Positions 37,766-47,565 of a DNA stretch of 64,000 bases are shown here, in pieces. The notes under the pieces are model-generated. The model saw nothing but the letters and a program-made list of their open reading frames with translations, had not been told where the DNA came from and did not search any database. The stretch spans positions 146,093-210,092 of the forward strand of contig JACRHV010000006.1 in NCBI GenBank assembly GCA_016211945.1, read 5' to 3'. The DNA is from Minisyncoccota bacterium. GTDB lineage: Bacteria > Patescibacteriota > Microgenomatia > UBA1400 > UBA12028. A program made the position numbers and the translations under genes. Position 1 is the stretch's first letter; each line of letters starts with the position of its first letter.

Positions 37766-39430
37766 ATGAATACACAAAAATTGCGGATTATTCCGTTGGG
37801 TGGAATGGGCAACGTCACCAAAAACATGTTTGCCTACGAATACGACGACGAGATCTTGCTCGTGGACTGCGGAATTGGATTTCCGGAACAGTATATGTTG
37901 GGCGTTGATGTGCTCATTCCCGATGTGAGTTATATTCAAAAACGATTAGGAGAGGGGGCAAGAATTGTTGGTCTTTGTCTCACACATGGACATGACGATC
38001 ACATTGCGGCGTTGCCGTACATTCTCCCCACACTTCCATCTGATTTTGAGATCTACGGTTCTCCGCTTACCGCGGCGTTTGCGCAGGCACGTATGGCAGA
38101 TAGCGGGGTTGAACGTAAAGTGCTTGTCTATGACGAGGATCGTCCATTTCAACTTGGAAAGTATTTTTCAGTTGAACCAGTGCGCGTAACGCACTCTGTC
38201 CCAGATACGCGTCATCTTATTATCACAACACCAGAAGGTGTGTGTTATCACGGATCAGATTTCAAGTTTGATATGAACCCAGTAGATGGAGTACGATCCG
38301 ACTTTGGAAAGATTGCAGCGGTTGGACAACATGGCATATTATGCGCATTAGTAGACTGTTTGCGTGTTGAGCGTGAAGTTTGGGCTCCATCCGAGTCAAC
38401 GATTTATAACACACTCGAACAAGAAATTCGTGACTGTAAAGGGAAGTTTTTTGTCACGCTCATGAGTTCAAATATTCACCGTGTTCAATTGGCAATTAAT
38501 GTTGCCATAAATCATGGGCGTAAAGTTGTTTTTATGGGACGTTCAATCGAGCAAAACGCGAAGATCGCGCAGGAACTGGGGATGTTGCGCATTCCAAAAG
38601 GTCTTCTTGTGAACAAGAAAAGTATGGAAGAGTATAAGGATGAGCAGTTGTGTGTCATTATTGCAGGAAGCCAAGGACAGCCGGGGTCCTCGTTAGTGCG
38701 CGCCGTGTATGGAGATCATCCGTTAGTAACGGTGACCAAACGAGACAAAGTTGTGTTCAGCACAGAGCCTATTCCTGGAAATGAAGGCAATGTCTACGGA
38801 ACAATCGACGAACTTTCGCGCAACGGTGTTGATGTTGCGTACTCTGATGTTGATGATGGACTACATGTCTCTGGGCACGCGGGGTTAGTAGAGCAACAAC
38901 TTCTCATTTCGTTGATGAAGGCGAAATATCTTTTTCCAATTGGCGGAACAGATCGCCACCGAGTGCAGTTTGCTAGGGTTGCACACGAACTTGGATACGC
39001 ACCGTCAAATGTGTTATTACCAGTTTCTGGGCAGGTTGTTGAATATACGATGAGTAAGGCGATGATGGGTGAAACTCTTACCTTAAAGGACTTGATGGTC
39101 GATGGACTCGGAGTTGGTGATGTTGGTGCTGTTGTCCTTGCTGACCGCAAGACCATGGCAGAAGAAGGTATGGTTACCGTCATTATTCCGGAGCAAGAAG
39201 GCCGATATGATTTCGATCATATCTATGTCGCAAGCCGTGGGTTTGTGTTTATGAAACAAGCGGACGAGATGGTGTCGGCGATTAAAGAAACAACATCGAA
39301 TGTGCTACGCGAGTTCGGTAATCTACAGGAAAATGATCTCAAGAAAAAAATTGAGAAGCAGTTAACGAAACGGCTGGGAGAACTGATTGGAAGAACTCCT
39401 TTGATTTTGCCGGTGTTTATGGAGGTGTAG
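37766..39430 (+). CDS. rnj: Ribonuclease J (metallo-beta-lactamase / beta-CASP)
   Basis: 'IPLGGMGNVTKNM', 'HGHDDH', and beta-CASP motifs with a C-terminal domain. Confidence 0.9.
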   Translation: MNTQKLRIIPLGGMGNVTKNMFAYEYDDEILLVDCGIGFPEQYMLGVDVLIPDVSYIQKRLGEGARIVGLCLTHGHDDHIAALPYILPTLPSDFEIYGSPLTAAFAQARMADSGVERKVLVYDEDRPFQLGKYFSVEPVRVTHSVPDTRHLIITTPEGVCYHGSDFKFDMNPVDGVRSDFGKIAAVGQHGILCALVDCLRVEREVWAPSESTIYNTLEQEIRDCKGKFFVTLMSSNIHRVQLAINVAINHGRKVVFMGRSIEQNAKIAQELGMLRIPKGLLVNKKSMEEYKDEQLCVIIAGSQGQPGSSLVRAVYGDHPLVTVTKRDKVVFSTEPIPGNEGNVYGTIDELSRNGVDVAYSDVDDGLHVSGHAGLVEQQLLISLMKAKYLFPIGGTDRHRVQFARVAHELGYAPSNVLLPVSGQVVEYTMSKAMMGETLTLKDLMVDGLGVGDVGAVVLADRKTMAEEGMVTVIIPEQEGRYDFDHIYVASRGFVFMKQADEMVSAIKETTSNVLREFGNLQENDLKKKIEKQLTKRLGELIGRTPLILPVFMEV

Positions 39431-39497
39431 TTTTTCATTGAATCATTCAGCATTTTTTCTTCTTGCTGATATGTTCTTTATATGGCACAATACAGAA

Positions 39498-39824
39498 ATG
39501 AGGAAATATGTTGTGTTTGAGAAACACGCACAAAAAGAAATACGCACTTTTCCTCAAACTGTTCAAATAAAATTCAAAGCAATACTAAAAATTTTAGAGG
39601 AGAAAGGAGAACTGCATTATCCGGATGCGAAAAAAATAGAACATAAAAATAATCTTTTTGAAATAAGAATAAAACATAGGGGGGAATGGAGGGCAATATA
39701 CACATATTCAACGCGGAATTATATTATTATCCTTTCCGCTTTTTATAAAAAAACACAAAAAACTCCAAAAGAAGAACTCGAGAAAGCAATAAGAAGATTG
39801 AACTTTCTTAAAGGAAAAATATGA
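39498..39824 (+). CDS. Type II toxin, RelE/ParE superfamily (HigB / Gp49-like)
   Basis: 'LFEIRIKHRGEWRAIYTY' and 'FYKKTQKTPKEELEKA', with a 4-nt overlap to a downstream HTH gene. The start was set at 'MRKYVVF'. Confidence 0.65.
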   Translation: MRKYVVFEKHAQKEIRTFPQTVQIKFKAILKILEEKGELHYPDAKKIEHKNNLFEIRIKHRGEWRAIYTYSTRNYIIILSAFYKKTQKTPKEELEKAIRRLNFLKGKI

Positions 39825-40132
39825 ACAAACTACACACTATTTCATTAAAAAATCTTAAAAAATACACTATTCCTGCGGAGAAATTTTATAAAACGTCTTC
39901 CCCTACAGAACAACATCAAGTTGAGAAGTATAAAAAGCAATTTGAAATGGTGATGGAGCTTCGTAAGGCTCGTAAATCGTTGAATATGACGCAGGAGACA
40001 CTAGCAAAAAAAGCACGTCTTCCACGTACAACTATTACAAAAGTTGAATCTGGAACACGAAATGTCACCTTAGAAACATTGATGATTATTGCACGTGCAA
40101 TGGGTAAACGCGTTGAGATTCGATTGAGATAA
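39821..40132 (+). CDS. XRE-family HTH antitoxin (HigA-like)
   Basis: 'LNMTQETLAKKARLPRTTITKVESGTRNVTLETL' is an HTH_3 motif. Toxin-then-antitoxin order as in higBA. Confidence 0.7.
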   Translation: MNKLHTISLKNLKKYTIPAEKFYKTSSPTEQHQVEKYKKQFEMVMELRKARKSLNMTQETLAKKARLPRTTITKVESGTRNVTLETLMIIARAMGKRVEIRLR

Positions 40133-40185
40133 AAACAGCAGAATCTCGTTTGCCGTACTCAAGAGATTTGTGCTATCCTTTTGAT

Positions 40186-42354
40186 ATGGCTCGTCGGGGA
40201 AGAAAAAAAGCACCATTTAAGTTAAAAATTCGGATTGAGACGATCTACTCGCTTGGTTCATTACTTTTGTTTGCTGTTGGTGGACTTACGATCATTTCTT
40301 TTTCTGGCCAAGGAGAGCTTCTCCAGACAATGAACGATGGCTTGCGTCATTTGTTTGGCCCCGCAGCTCTCATTGTTCCGTTCCTCTTTTTTTCTGCGGG
40401 GTTGGTGTTGACGGGAGCGAAATGGTCATTTGCAAAACCGCAAGTCCTCCTCGGCGCCATCCTCCTCCTACTTTCTGTATCTACTTTAGGTGGTATGGGA
40501 TCAATTGGTGTTGATCTTTTCACCAATGTAAGCTCGCTCATTCAACCGTATGGAACGTACATCTTATTTTCACTTCTTGCAGTGGCATCGGTGCTCATTA
40601 TTTCAGACACCTCTATTCGGGAGCTTGTGCACATGTTCACCTCGGTTATTGATGTTCAGCCGAGCGTCGCAAAAACTGAAAAGCCGATCATGAAACTCCC
40701 ATTTGGTGGAACTGCAAAGGCGCTTGATGAGGGAGAGTTCAAGATTCGCGGCGGACAAGCACAAAAGCAACAGGAAATGAATGCGCTAAGACAGCAAACC
40801 GCCCAACCACAATCGCAAGATCAGCAGGTTCAGGTAAAGAAGGCAGCAATCCCCATGGCTCCCGAGATTCCGAACATGTTGTTGGTAAACCAGACGAACG
40901 ATCAGCAGATTTGGGAATACCCGCCAACCTCTCTACTCAATGCCAAGCCTCGAGGTCAGGCCGACCGTGGTGATGTGAAAGGGAACGCTTCTACTATTGA
41001 AAAGACGTTGGAATCCTTTGGTATTCGAGCAAAGGTACGTGAAGTGAATCTTGGGCCGGCGGTGACCCAGTATGCGTTAGAAATTTCACTCGGTACAAAA
41101 CTATCAAAAATCACTGCGCTTGCCAACGATCTGGCACTGGCACTTGCCGCGCCAACAGGGCAGATTCGTATAGAGGCTCCGATCCCCGGCCGCAACCTTG
41201 TTGGTATAGAAATTCCGAACAGATCGCCGGAAATTGTCACAATGCACACCGTCATGATGAGCGAACCGATGAAGAAACATCATTCCAAGTTGGCGGTAGG
41301 GTTAGGATTGAATGTTGCGGGTGAGGTCATTGTCGCGGACATTGCAAAGATGCCGCATGTGTTGATTGCTGGATCCACAGGCTCCGGTAAATCCGTGGCA
41401 GTGAACTCGTTCCTTGCCTCTATGTTATTCCGCGCCTCGCCGAATGAACTCAAATTGATTTTGGTTGATCCAAAGCGCGTGGAGTTGACGGGATACAACG
41501 ACATTCCACACCTTTTGACGCCGGTTATTGTGGAGCCGGACAAGGTAGTCTCGGCGCTCAAGTGGGCAACAAAAGAGATGGACCGACGCTACAAGGTGTT
41601 TGCGGAAGTTGGAGCGCGGAACATCGAAAGTTACAATGAGCTTGCAGGATTCCAAGCAATGCCATACATCGTGATTGTGATTGACGAGTTGGCCGATATC
41701 ATGTTATTCTCACCTGCGGAAGTTGAGGAGGCGGTGACGCGCATTGCGCAGATGGCGCGTGCAACAGGAATGCACTTGGTATTGGCAACACAACGCCCAT
41801 CTGTTGATGTTATTACAGGTCTCATTAAGGCGAACATCCCAACACGTATCGCATTTAACGTTGCGTCCATGATGGACTCGCGCGTGATCCTAGACAGTCC
41901 GGGTGCGGAAAAGCTGCTTGGCAGAGGAGACATGCTTTACGTTCCACCAGATCAAGCAAAACCCACACGTATTCAAGGGACCTTTATCTCTGACAAAGAG
42001 ATTCACGCAATGATTGATTTTCTGCGGAAGTCCGGAAAACAACCAGAGTATCAGGAGGATATTACGACGAAGTTCCAGTCTGCAAAATTGACTGGAAAAG
42101 TAGCAGGCGGGACGGGTGGAGATGGCGGTGGGGACGCACTCATTGATGAAGCGGTGAAAATTGTGATGGAGTACGATCGTGCCTCTGCATCGGTACTACA
42201 ACGCCGCTTGTCTGTGGGATACTCACGTGCGGCAAGGATGATCGACACCTTGTTCGAGATGGGTATCGTGAGTCCTCCGGATGGAAGCAAACCTCGCGAA
42301 GTAAATATGAAGGCTGCGCAGGACTACCTCAATACAAAACAGCAGATGTCGTAA
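40186..42354 (+). CDS. ftsK: DNA translocase FtsK/SpoIIIE
   Basis: N-terminal TM region, a linker, motor Walker A 'GSTGSGKS' and Walker B 'IVIVIDE', and a gamma wHTH. The alternative start is at 40150. Confidence 0.93.
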   Translation: MARRGRKKAPFKLKIRIETIYSLGSLLLFAVGGLTIISFSGQGELLQTMNDGLRHLFGPAALIVPFLFFSAGLVLTGAKWSFAKPQVLLGAILLLLSVSTLGGMGSIGVDLFTNVSSLIQPYGTYILFSLLAVASVLIISDTSIRELVHMFTSVIDVQPSVAKTEKPIMKLPFGGTAKALDEGEFKIRGGQAQKQQEMNALRQQTAQPQSQDQQVQVKKAAIPMAPEIPNMLLVNQTNDQQIWEYPPTSLLNAKPRGQADRGDVKGNASTIEKTLESFGIRAKVREVNLGPAVTQYALEISLGTKLSKITALANDLALALAAPTGQIRIEAPIPGRNLVGIEIPNRSPEIVTMHTVMMSEPMKKHHSKLAVGLGLNVAGEVIVADIAKMPHVLIAGSTGSGKSVAVNSFLASMLFRASPNELKLILVDPKRVELTGYNDIPHLLTPVIVEPDKVVSALKWATKEMDRRYKVFAEVGARNIESYNELAGFQAMPYIVIVIDELADIMLFSPAEVEEAVTRIAQMARATGMHLVLATQRPSVDVITGLIKANIPTRIAFNVASMMDSRVILDSPGAEKLLGRGDMLYVPPDQAKPTRIQGTFISDKEIHAMIDFLRKSGKQPEYQEDITTKFQSAKLTGKVAGGTGGDGGGDALIDEAVKIVMEYDRASASVLQRRLSVGYSRAARMIDTLFEMGIVSPPDGSKPREVNMKAAQDYLNTKQQMS

Positions 42355-42357
42355 CAT

Positions 42358-42990
42358 ATGAAAACGGTTGGTGAACTGCTCCATGATGGTCGTGTTTCTC
42401 TAAAAAAAGACGTCCATGAGATTGCTCGGACAACACACATCCGTGAAGAATATTTGGAAGCGATGGAACAAAACGCGTTCGAGAAGCTCCCTGAAGGTCC
42501 TTTTGTAAAAGGATTTCTCCGTACCTATGCGCTCGAACTCAATATGGAGCCAGACCACGTCCTCGCAGTGTATCGGCGTGATTTTGGAGATAAAAAAATA
42601 CCACAGCTTTTTCCAAAAGGATTGGTTTATCCGATTCGCCGCCTATCCTATCTCACGATTCACCCGTTCGTTTTTGGTATAGGAGTGGTATGTTGCGTTG
42701 TTGGATTCTTTTTGGCATACCAATGGTATGTATTCACACAGCCGCCGGAAGTTATTGTGTATGAACCAACCGAAAAGCAGGAAACACACTCTCCACTGCA
42801 AGTTCGCGGAAAGACCTCAACAGATGCTGTAGTCTATGTGAATGCCAATCCCGTTGCACTAGATCAAGATGGAAAATTTACAACAAATATTGAGTTGCAG
42901 GTTGGCGAGCAAACGGTGCGTGTTGAAGTACAAAGCCGACAGGGGAAAAGGAGAGTGATTCAGCGAGTTGTACGTGTCCTCGAAAAATGA
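42358..42990 (+). CDS. RodZ-like protein (HTH + TM + C-terminal domain)
   Basis: N-terminal 'LKKDVHEIARTTHIREEYLEAMEQ' HTH_25-type, then a single TM, then a beta-rich C-terminus. Confidence 0.6.
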   Translation: MKTVGELLHDGRVSLKKDVHEIARTTHIREEYLEAMEQNAFEKLPEGPFVKGFLRTYALELNMEPDHVLAVYRRDFGDKKIPQLFPKGLVYPIRRLSYLTIHPFVFGIGVVCCVVGFFLAYQWYVFTQPPEVIVYEPTEKQETHSPLQVRGKTSTDAVVYVNANPVALDQDGKFTTNIELQVGEQTVRVEVQSRQGKRRVIQRVVRVLEK

Positions 42991-43024
42991 TACGCTCTTC
43001 TTGATAGAAAAAAGGAAAAAATCT

Positions 43025-43294
43025 ATGGATCCACTTGTTCTTACACTAACGATTGTGAGTTCAGTCTTAGCAGTTTTTTTGATTGCATTAGGAGTACAGG
43101 CGTTTTTAGTGTTACGCGAGACACGGAAAACACTGCAACGCGTAAATGGCATAATTGATGTTGCAGAGCACACCGTTGTTCGCGCATTGGTGCCACTTTC
43201 TAGCTTGGGAGGTTTCGTGACCGGTATGAAAAGCGGGATGAAGGTATTTGAACATTTTGTGCAGTACGTGAAGAAGGTTGCAGATGAAGAATAA
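43025..43294 (+). CDS. Small membrane protein, DUF948/YtxG-like
   Basis: An N-terminal TM then a helical region. Weak similarity of pattern only. Confidence 0.35.
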   Translation: MDPLVLTLTIVSSVLAVFLIALGVQAFLVLRETRKTLQRVNGIIDVAEHTVVRALVPLSSLGGFVTGMKSGMKVFEHFVQYVKKVADEE

Positions 43295-43598
43295 TGATCT
43301 CCAGGTGTTGAGTTCTTCAGCTGAACCACATGATAACGGGTTTTTGCCAGGTCTTGTCTTTGGCGCATTCGCCGGTATTGCCGGAATGTTTTTGTTTGGG
43401 ACAAAGAAGGGGCAGAAAACCGTTGAGCAGATGAAAAAGACATGGAGAAAGATGAAGCCGGAGGTAGAGGAAGAGTTGGAGAAGGCGGGACATAAGATGG
43501 AGAAGACAAATAGGCCCGTGTTACAAGCATTGGGTGAAATTGCACAGTATGTGGCGGAGAAGTTAGATGATGGTAGAGGAAAAAAGGGTAAAAAATAA
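43278..43598 (+). CDS. YtxH-like small membrane protein
   Basis: 'GLVFGAFAGIAGMFLF' glycine-zipper TM followed by a charged helical tail. Confidence 0.4.
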   Translation: MQMKNNDLQVLSSSAEPHDNGFLPGLVFGAFAGIAGMFLFGTKKGQKTVEQMKKTWRKMKPEVEEELEKAGHKMEKTNRPVLQALGEIAQYVAEKLDDGRGKKGKK

Positions 43599-43664
43599 CA
43601 CGAATAGGTCAGTTATTTCGTGATTTTTTATTGAATTACTACACGAAATGGGTACAATAAACAT

Positions 43665-45269
43665 ATGAACGAAGCAAATCAGCCAGATCCTTTAGCAATG
43701 CTTGATAGACAGATTGGTGTCGTAAAAGGTTATGCAGATCGTTTGGACACTGCTAAAACGGTGGTTGATGAACAAAAGACAGCAGCGGACAGGGATGTTA
43801 ACAATCTGGTACAAAAGGCAGAAATATTTACTGGTACAGATGCGAATCTCGCACAAGTTCAAGACAATTTAAAAGCTGTTCAACAAAGAAATGATCCTCA
43901 AGAAAACGGTCTTTTTAATCTGGGTAAATATTTCAACAGAGCTGCTAAAGAAGAAGAAAGAAAACTTCAAGGTGTTGTTAATAATCTACAGGAGCAAAAA
44001 CAGACAACACAACACGAATATGAGGAAGCAGTGAAAGTTGCTGCAGAATCATCTTTACCGCTACAACGTACAGAAGAAGACTTGAAAAGAATGCCTGAAT
44101 TGTTGGGTGCAAATAGCAGAGGCGGTGGGTATGAAACTTCAGAAAAAATGACGTCTGCTCTTGAAAAACAAGACAAACTTGCATCCTCTTTGAAGTGGTA
44201 TGAGGGTTTACATTATGATGTAAACCCAGAATGTGCATTCTCGGTGGACGCAATTGGGGCAATGAAAGATAAATTCATTGCAGTATATTGGCAAAAAAAA
44301 TTTGATGAGAATGCAAAAACAGTAGCTGAAGAAAAACAGTATATTGAAGAGTTAAAACAAAAGAAGGGATACGAACAATATTCTATAGACCAAGCTATTG
44401 GTAATGCACAAAAAACAATAGATCGCATTGTAGCAAGTGATGAGTATGAAAGAAAGAAAGCGGATCGAGAAGCAAATGAAGCTGTTGTAACGATGACAGG
44501 ATTTTTTGAGAAAGCTGTGGAGTATGCAGATGAACATGGAATCGAGGTAAGTAGAAATGTATTGGAACAAGCGTTGTCACGTGGTTTTCTTGAGGGAAGT
44601 ACTCGAAGAAGAATTGGTCAGTATAATAATGAAGATGGTAAATTTGAGGCGGGTTACAAAGCATATTTGGCCGAATTGCTTAAAACAAAGCCAGAGGAAA
44701 TTCATCCAGATCTTTTTTTTACAGATACGTATTCTTTAGCAGCGTTTTCACTTGATGGTTTGGTAAAAAAACACGGCCTTAAGCAAGATGCCTCGCTTAT
44801 TCCAGAGATTATCGCATATATCGGTGGAGTTGCTGCACAGCAAGAATATAGTGGAAGAAGAAAATTAGAAATATTATTAAGAGATCTTCTTGTTGATGTA
44901 CTGGAAGTTGATAAAGATGCTTTTGTCCGAGAAGGTAGAGCTTGGGTAAAGGGACATGTAAAAGAAGGCACCTATCCTTTGGGTGGACAAACTCGGTGGG
45001 GTGGATATGGTTCTGGGGTTGGTGAGGATCATCGATTTTCAACAACAGTAAGTATATCAGCAACAAATTTTGGGACGAGTGATGATGGATTGCGAGAAAA
45101 AATTCGTGAAGCTAATGTTATGGCGAAAAAAATCATTCAGGGAATTTATGACAAAGATTGTCTTCGAAGCATACCTAATGTTGATGAAAATTTTGGTCTT
45201 CCTGATGGTGGACGTGCGATGGATGTGTTAGATATCCATAACCTATCTGAAGCAAGAACTCATTTTTAA
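43665..45269 (+). CDS. Hypothetical coiled-coil protein (534 aa), with no TM or signal peptide
   Basis: Long intact ORF. The N-terminal third is heptad-like. Confidence 0.5.
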   Translation: MNEANQPDPLAMLDRQIGVVKGYADRLDTAKTVVDEQKTAADRDVNNLVQKAEIFTGTDANLAQVQDNLKAVQQRNDPQENGLFNLGKYFNRAAKEEERKLQGVVNNLQEQKQTTQHEYEEAVKVAAESSLPLQRTEEDLKRMPELLGANSRGGGYETSEKMTSALEKQDKLASSLKWYEGLHYDVNPECAFSVDAIGAMKDKFIAVYWQKKFDENAKTVAEEKQYIEELKQKKGYEQYSIDQAIGNAQKTIDRIVASDEYERKKADREANEAVVTMTGFFEKAVEYADEHGIEVSRNVLEQALSRGFLEGSTRRRIGQYNNEDGKFEAGYKAYLAELLKTKPEEIHPDLFFTDTYSLAAFSLDGLVKKHGLKQDASLIPEIIAYIGGVAAQQEYSGRRKLEILLRDLLVDVLEVDKDAFVREGRAWVKGHVKEGTYPLGGQTRWGGYGSGVGEDHRFSTTVSISATNFGTSDDGLREKIREANVMAKKIIQGIYDKDCLRSIPNVDENFGLPDGGRAMDVLDIHNLSEARTHF

Positions 45270-45306
45270 TGTTGGATTATTTTCTCCTCTGCTATAATTC
45301 CTCCAT

Positions 45307-47160
45307 ATGACTCCAAATCAGTTGCGCGCAACCTACATCAAGTTTTTTGTTGATCGTGGACATGTTGAAATCCCCTCCGCCTCCTTGGTTCCGGAAAATG
45401 ATCCCACGACCCTATTCACCAGTTCTGGGATGCAACCACTTGTTCCCTACCTCCTCGGGCAGTCCCACCCCTCGGGGAAAAAATTAGTTGACTCACAAAA
45501 GAGCTTTCGGTCACAGGATATTGAGGAAGTGGGCGACAATAGACACACCACATTTTTTGAGATGCTTGGGAACTGGTCGCTCGGTGAATACTTCAAAAAA
45601 GAACAACTTGCATGGTTTTTCGAGTTCCTCACAAAAGAAATCAGACTTGATCCCAACCGCCTCTTTGTGACGGTCTTCGCGGGAAACCCCGCAGTTCCCC
45701 GTGACATAGACTCGGTAGGAATCTGGAAATCACTTTTTTCGTCCGCCAACATACAAGCAAAAGACGTTGAGGATGCCGAGAATAAGGGTATGCAGGGTGG
45801 CCGTATCTTTTACTACGGTGAAAAGAAAAATTGGTGGTCGCGATCTGGCGTTCCGTCGGCGATGCCTGCGGGTGAACCGGGTGGACCAGACAGTGAAATA
45901 TTTTACGATTTTGGTGCGGAACTTCAACTCCACGAAACCTCGCAGTTCGCACATCAAGACTGTCACGTGAACTGCGACTGCGGCCGGTTCATGGAGATTG
46001 GAAACAGTGTATTCATGCAATATCAAAAACAGGCGGATGGATCGTTCAAAGAACTACCACAGAAGAATGTGGATTTTGGCGGTGGATTCGAACGCATTCT
46101 CGCAGCGATGGATAACACACTTGATGTATTCACCACCGATCTTTTTCGTCCAATTCTTACCACAATAGAAGAAATTTCGCACATATCGTATGATGGCAAA
46201 CACAAGCGCAACTTCCGTATTATTGCCGACCATGTTCGTGCCTCGGTCATGTTAGCGGCTGATGGTGTTGTGCCATCGAACAAAGAACAAGGCTACGTAT
46301 TGCGCCGGCTAATTCGCAGAGCAGTTCGGTTTGGCAAGCTACTCGGCATTCAAATCCCATTCATATTAGAAGTTGCGCAGTCGGTGATTGATCAATACAA
46401 GGAAATATACTCGGACGTTGGAGAAAATTCCGCTGCAATTCTCAGCACGCTCCAAGAAGAAGAACAAAAATTTGGCAAAACGATCACCAAAGGACTCAAA
46501 GAAATTGAAAAAGTTCCAACACTCAATGGTGAGATCGCGTTTACGCTCTATGAGACCTATGGTTTTCCATTCGAGTTAACCGAGGAAATTGCCCGAGAGC
46601 GCGGGCAACAGGTGGAGTATGGAACATTCCGCAAAGCATTTGAAAAACACCAAGAGCTTTCTCGTACCACGTCCAAAGGAATGTTTAAGGGTGGGCTTGC
46701 GGATCATTCTGAAATAGTGACAAAATATCACACCGCAACACACCTTCTTCATGCCGCACTCCGTGAGGTATTAGGAAAACATGTTACACAGCAAGGCTCA
46801 AATCTCACGGCAGAACGGTTGCGGTTTGATTTTTCGCACCCCCAACCATTAACAGAAGATCAAAAGAAAAAAGTTGAGTCGATCATCAATGAAAAAATTG
46901 CAGATGCTCTTCCGGTCACACCACAGTTCATGAAAAAAGACGAGGCATTGGCACAGGGAGCACTCGCATTTTTCCAAGAAAAATATGGAGACACCGTTTC
47001 TGTGTATACCATTGGACATGATCCGGAAAAAGATTGGTATTCAAAGGAGTTGTGTGGTGGGCCGCATGTTAAAAATACACAAGACATTGGAAAAATGAAG
47101 ATTACAAAAGAAGAGTCTATTGGATCTGGGAAGAGACGTATTTATCTCCAACTGGCTTAA
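45307..47160 (+). CDS. alaS: Alanine--tRNA ligase (catalytic + tRNA-binding + editing domains; no C-Ala domain)
   Basis: Class II core 'FTSSGMQP', 'FEMLGNWSLGEYFK', the editing-domain zinc motif 'HTATHLLH', and 'CGGPH'. The ORF ends directly after the editing domain. Confidence 0.93.
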   Translation: MTPNQLRATYIKFFVDRGHVEIPSASLVPENDPTTLFTSSGMQPLVPYLLGQSHPSGKKLVDSQKSFRSQDIEEVGDNRHTTFFEMLGNWSLGEYFKKEQLAWFFEFLTKEIRLDPNRLFVTVFAGNPAVPRDIDSVGIWKSLFSSANIQAKDVEDAENKGMQGGRIFYYGEKKNWWSRSGVPSAMPAGEPGGPDSEIFYDFGAELQLHETSQFAHQDCHVNCDCGRFMEIGNSVFMQYQKQADGSFKELPQKNVDFGGGFERILAAMDNTLDVFTTDLFRPILTTIEEISHISYDGKHKRNFRIIADHVRASVMLAADGVVPSNKEQGYVLRRLIRRAVRFGKLLGIQIPFILEVAQSVIDQYKEIYSDVGENSAAILSTLQEEEQKFGKTITKGLKEIEKVPTLNGEIAFTLYETYGFPFELTEEIARERGQQVEYGTFRKAFEKHQELSRTTSKGMFKGGLADHSEIVTKYHTATHLLHAALREVLGKHVTQQGSNLTAERLRFDFSHPQPLTEDQKKKVESIINEKIADALPVTPQFMKKDEALAQGALAFFQEKYGDTVSVYTIGHDPEKDWYSKELCGGPHVKNTQDIGKMKITKEESIGSGKRRIYLQLA

Positions 47161-47390
47161 TTGCGAGCACGTTGTTCTACAACACTAAGTCGTGTTTCAT
47201 GATTTTCAACAACGTCTTGTAACTCGCTGACGTGGTGAACAGTAACAATGTGGTCTTCTTGAAGTGGATGAAGTTCTGCGAGAATTTCATCTTTAAACTT
47301 TGCCATATCACTTAAGAGCGACTGTCGCACTTCTGCGAATTTTTCATCAAATATATCCTTTATAATCTGTACATCACGTTTTGTGAGCAT
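47157..47390 (-). CDS. Hypothetical small protein (77 aa)
   Basis: Intact ORF convergent with alaS. No motif. Confidence 0.3.
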   Translation of the reverse strand: MLTKRDVQIIKDIFDEKFAEVRQSLLSDMAKFKDEILAELHPLQEDHIVTVHHVSELQDVVENHETRLSVVEQRARN

Positions 47391-47565
47391 AGTACCTCCT
47401 ACTTTAACAAGATCTCATCGCTCTTTCAACGAGATCTTACTTGTCGAATATGTATCGCTATAGTACAAACAGAACCTTACAATTACCTTACAAAAACATA
47501 ACTGCTCCTTATGTAGTCAAAGAGACTTTAAACTTGAGGCAGAACCTTCTATACTGTTTGTATAT

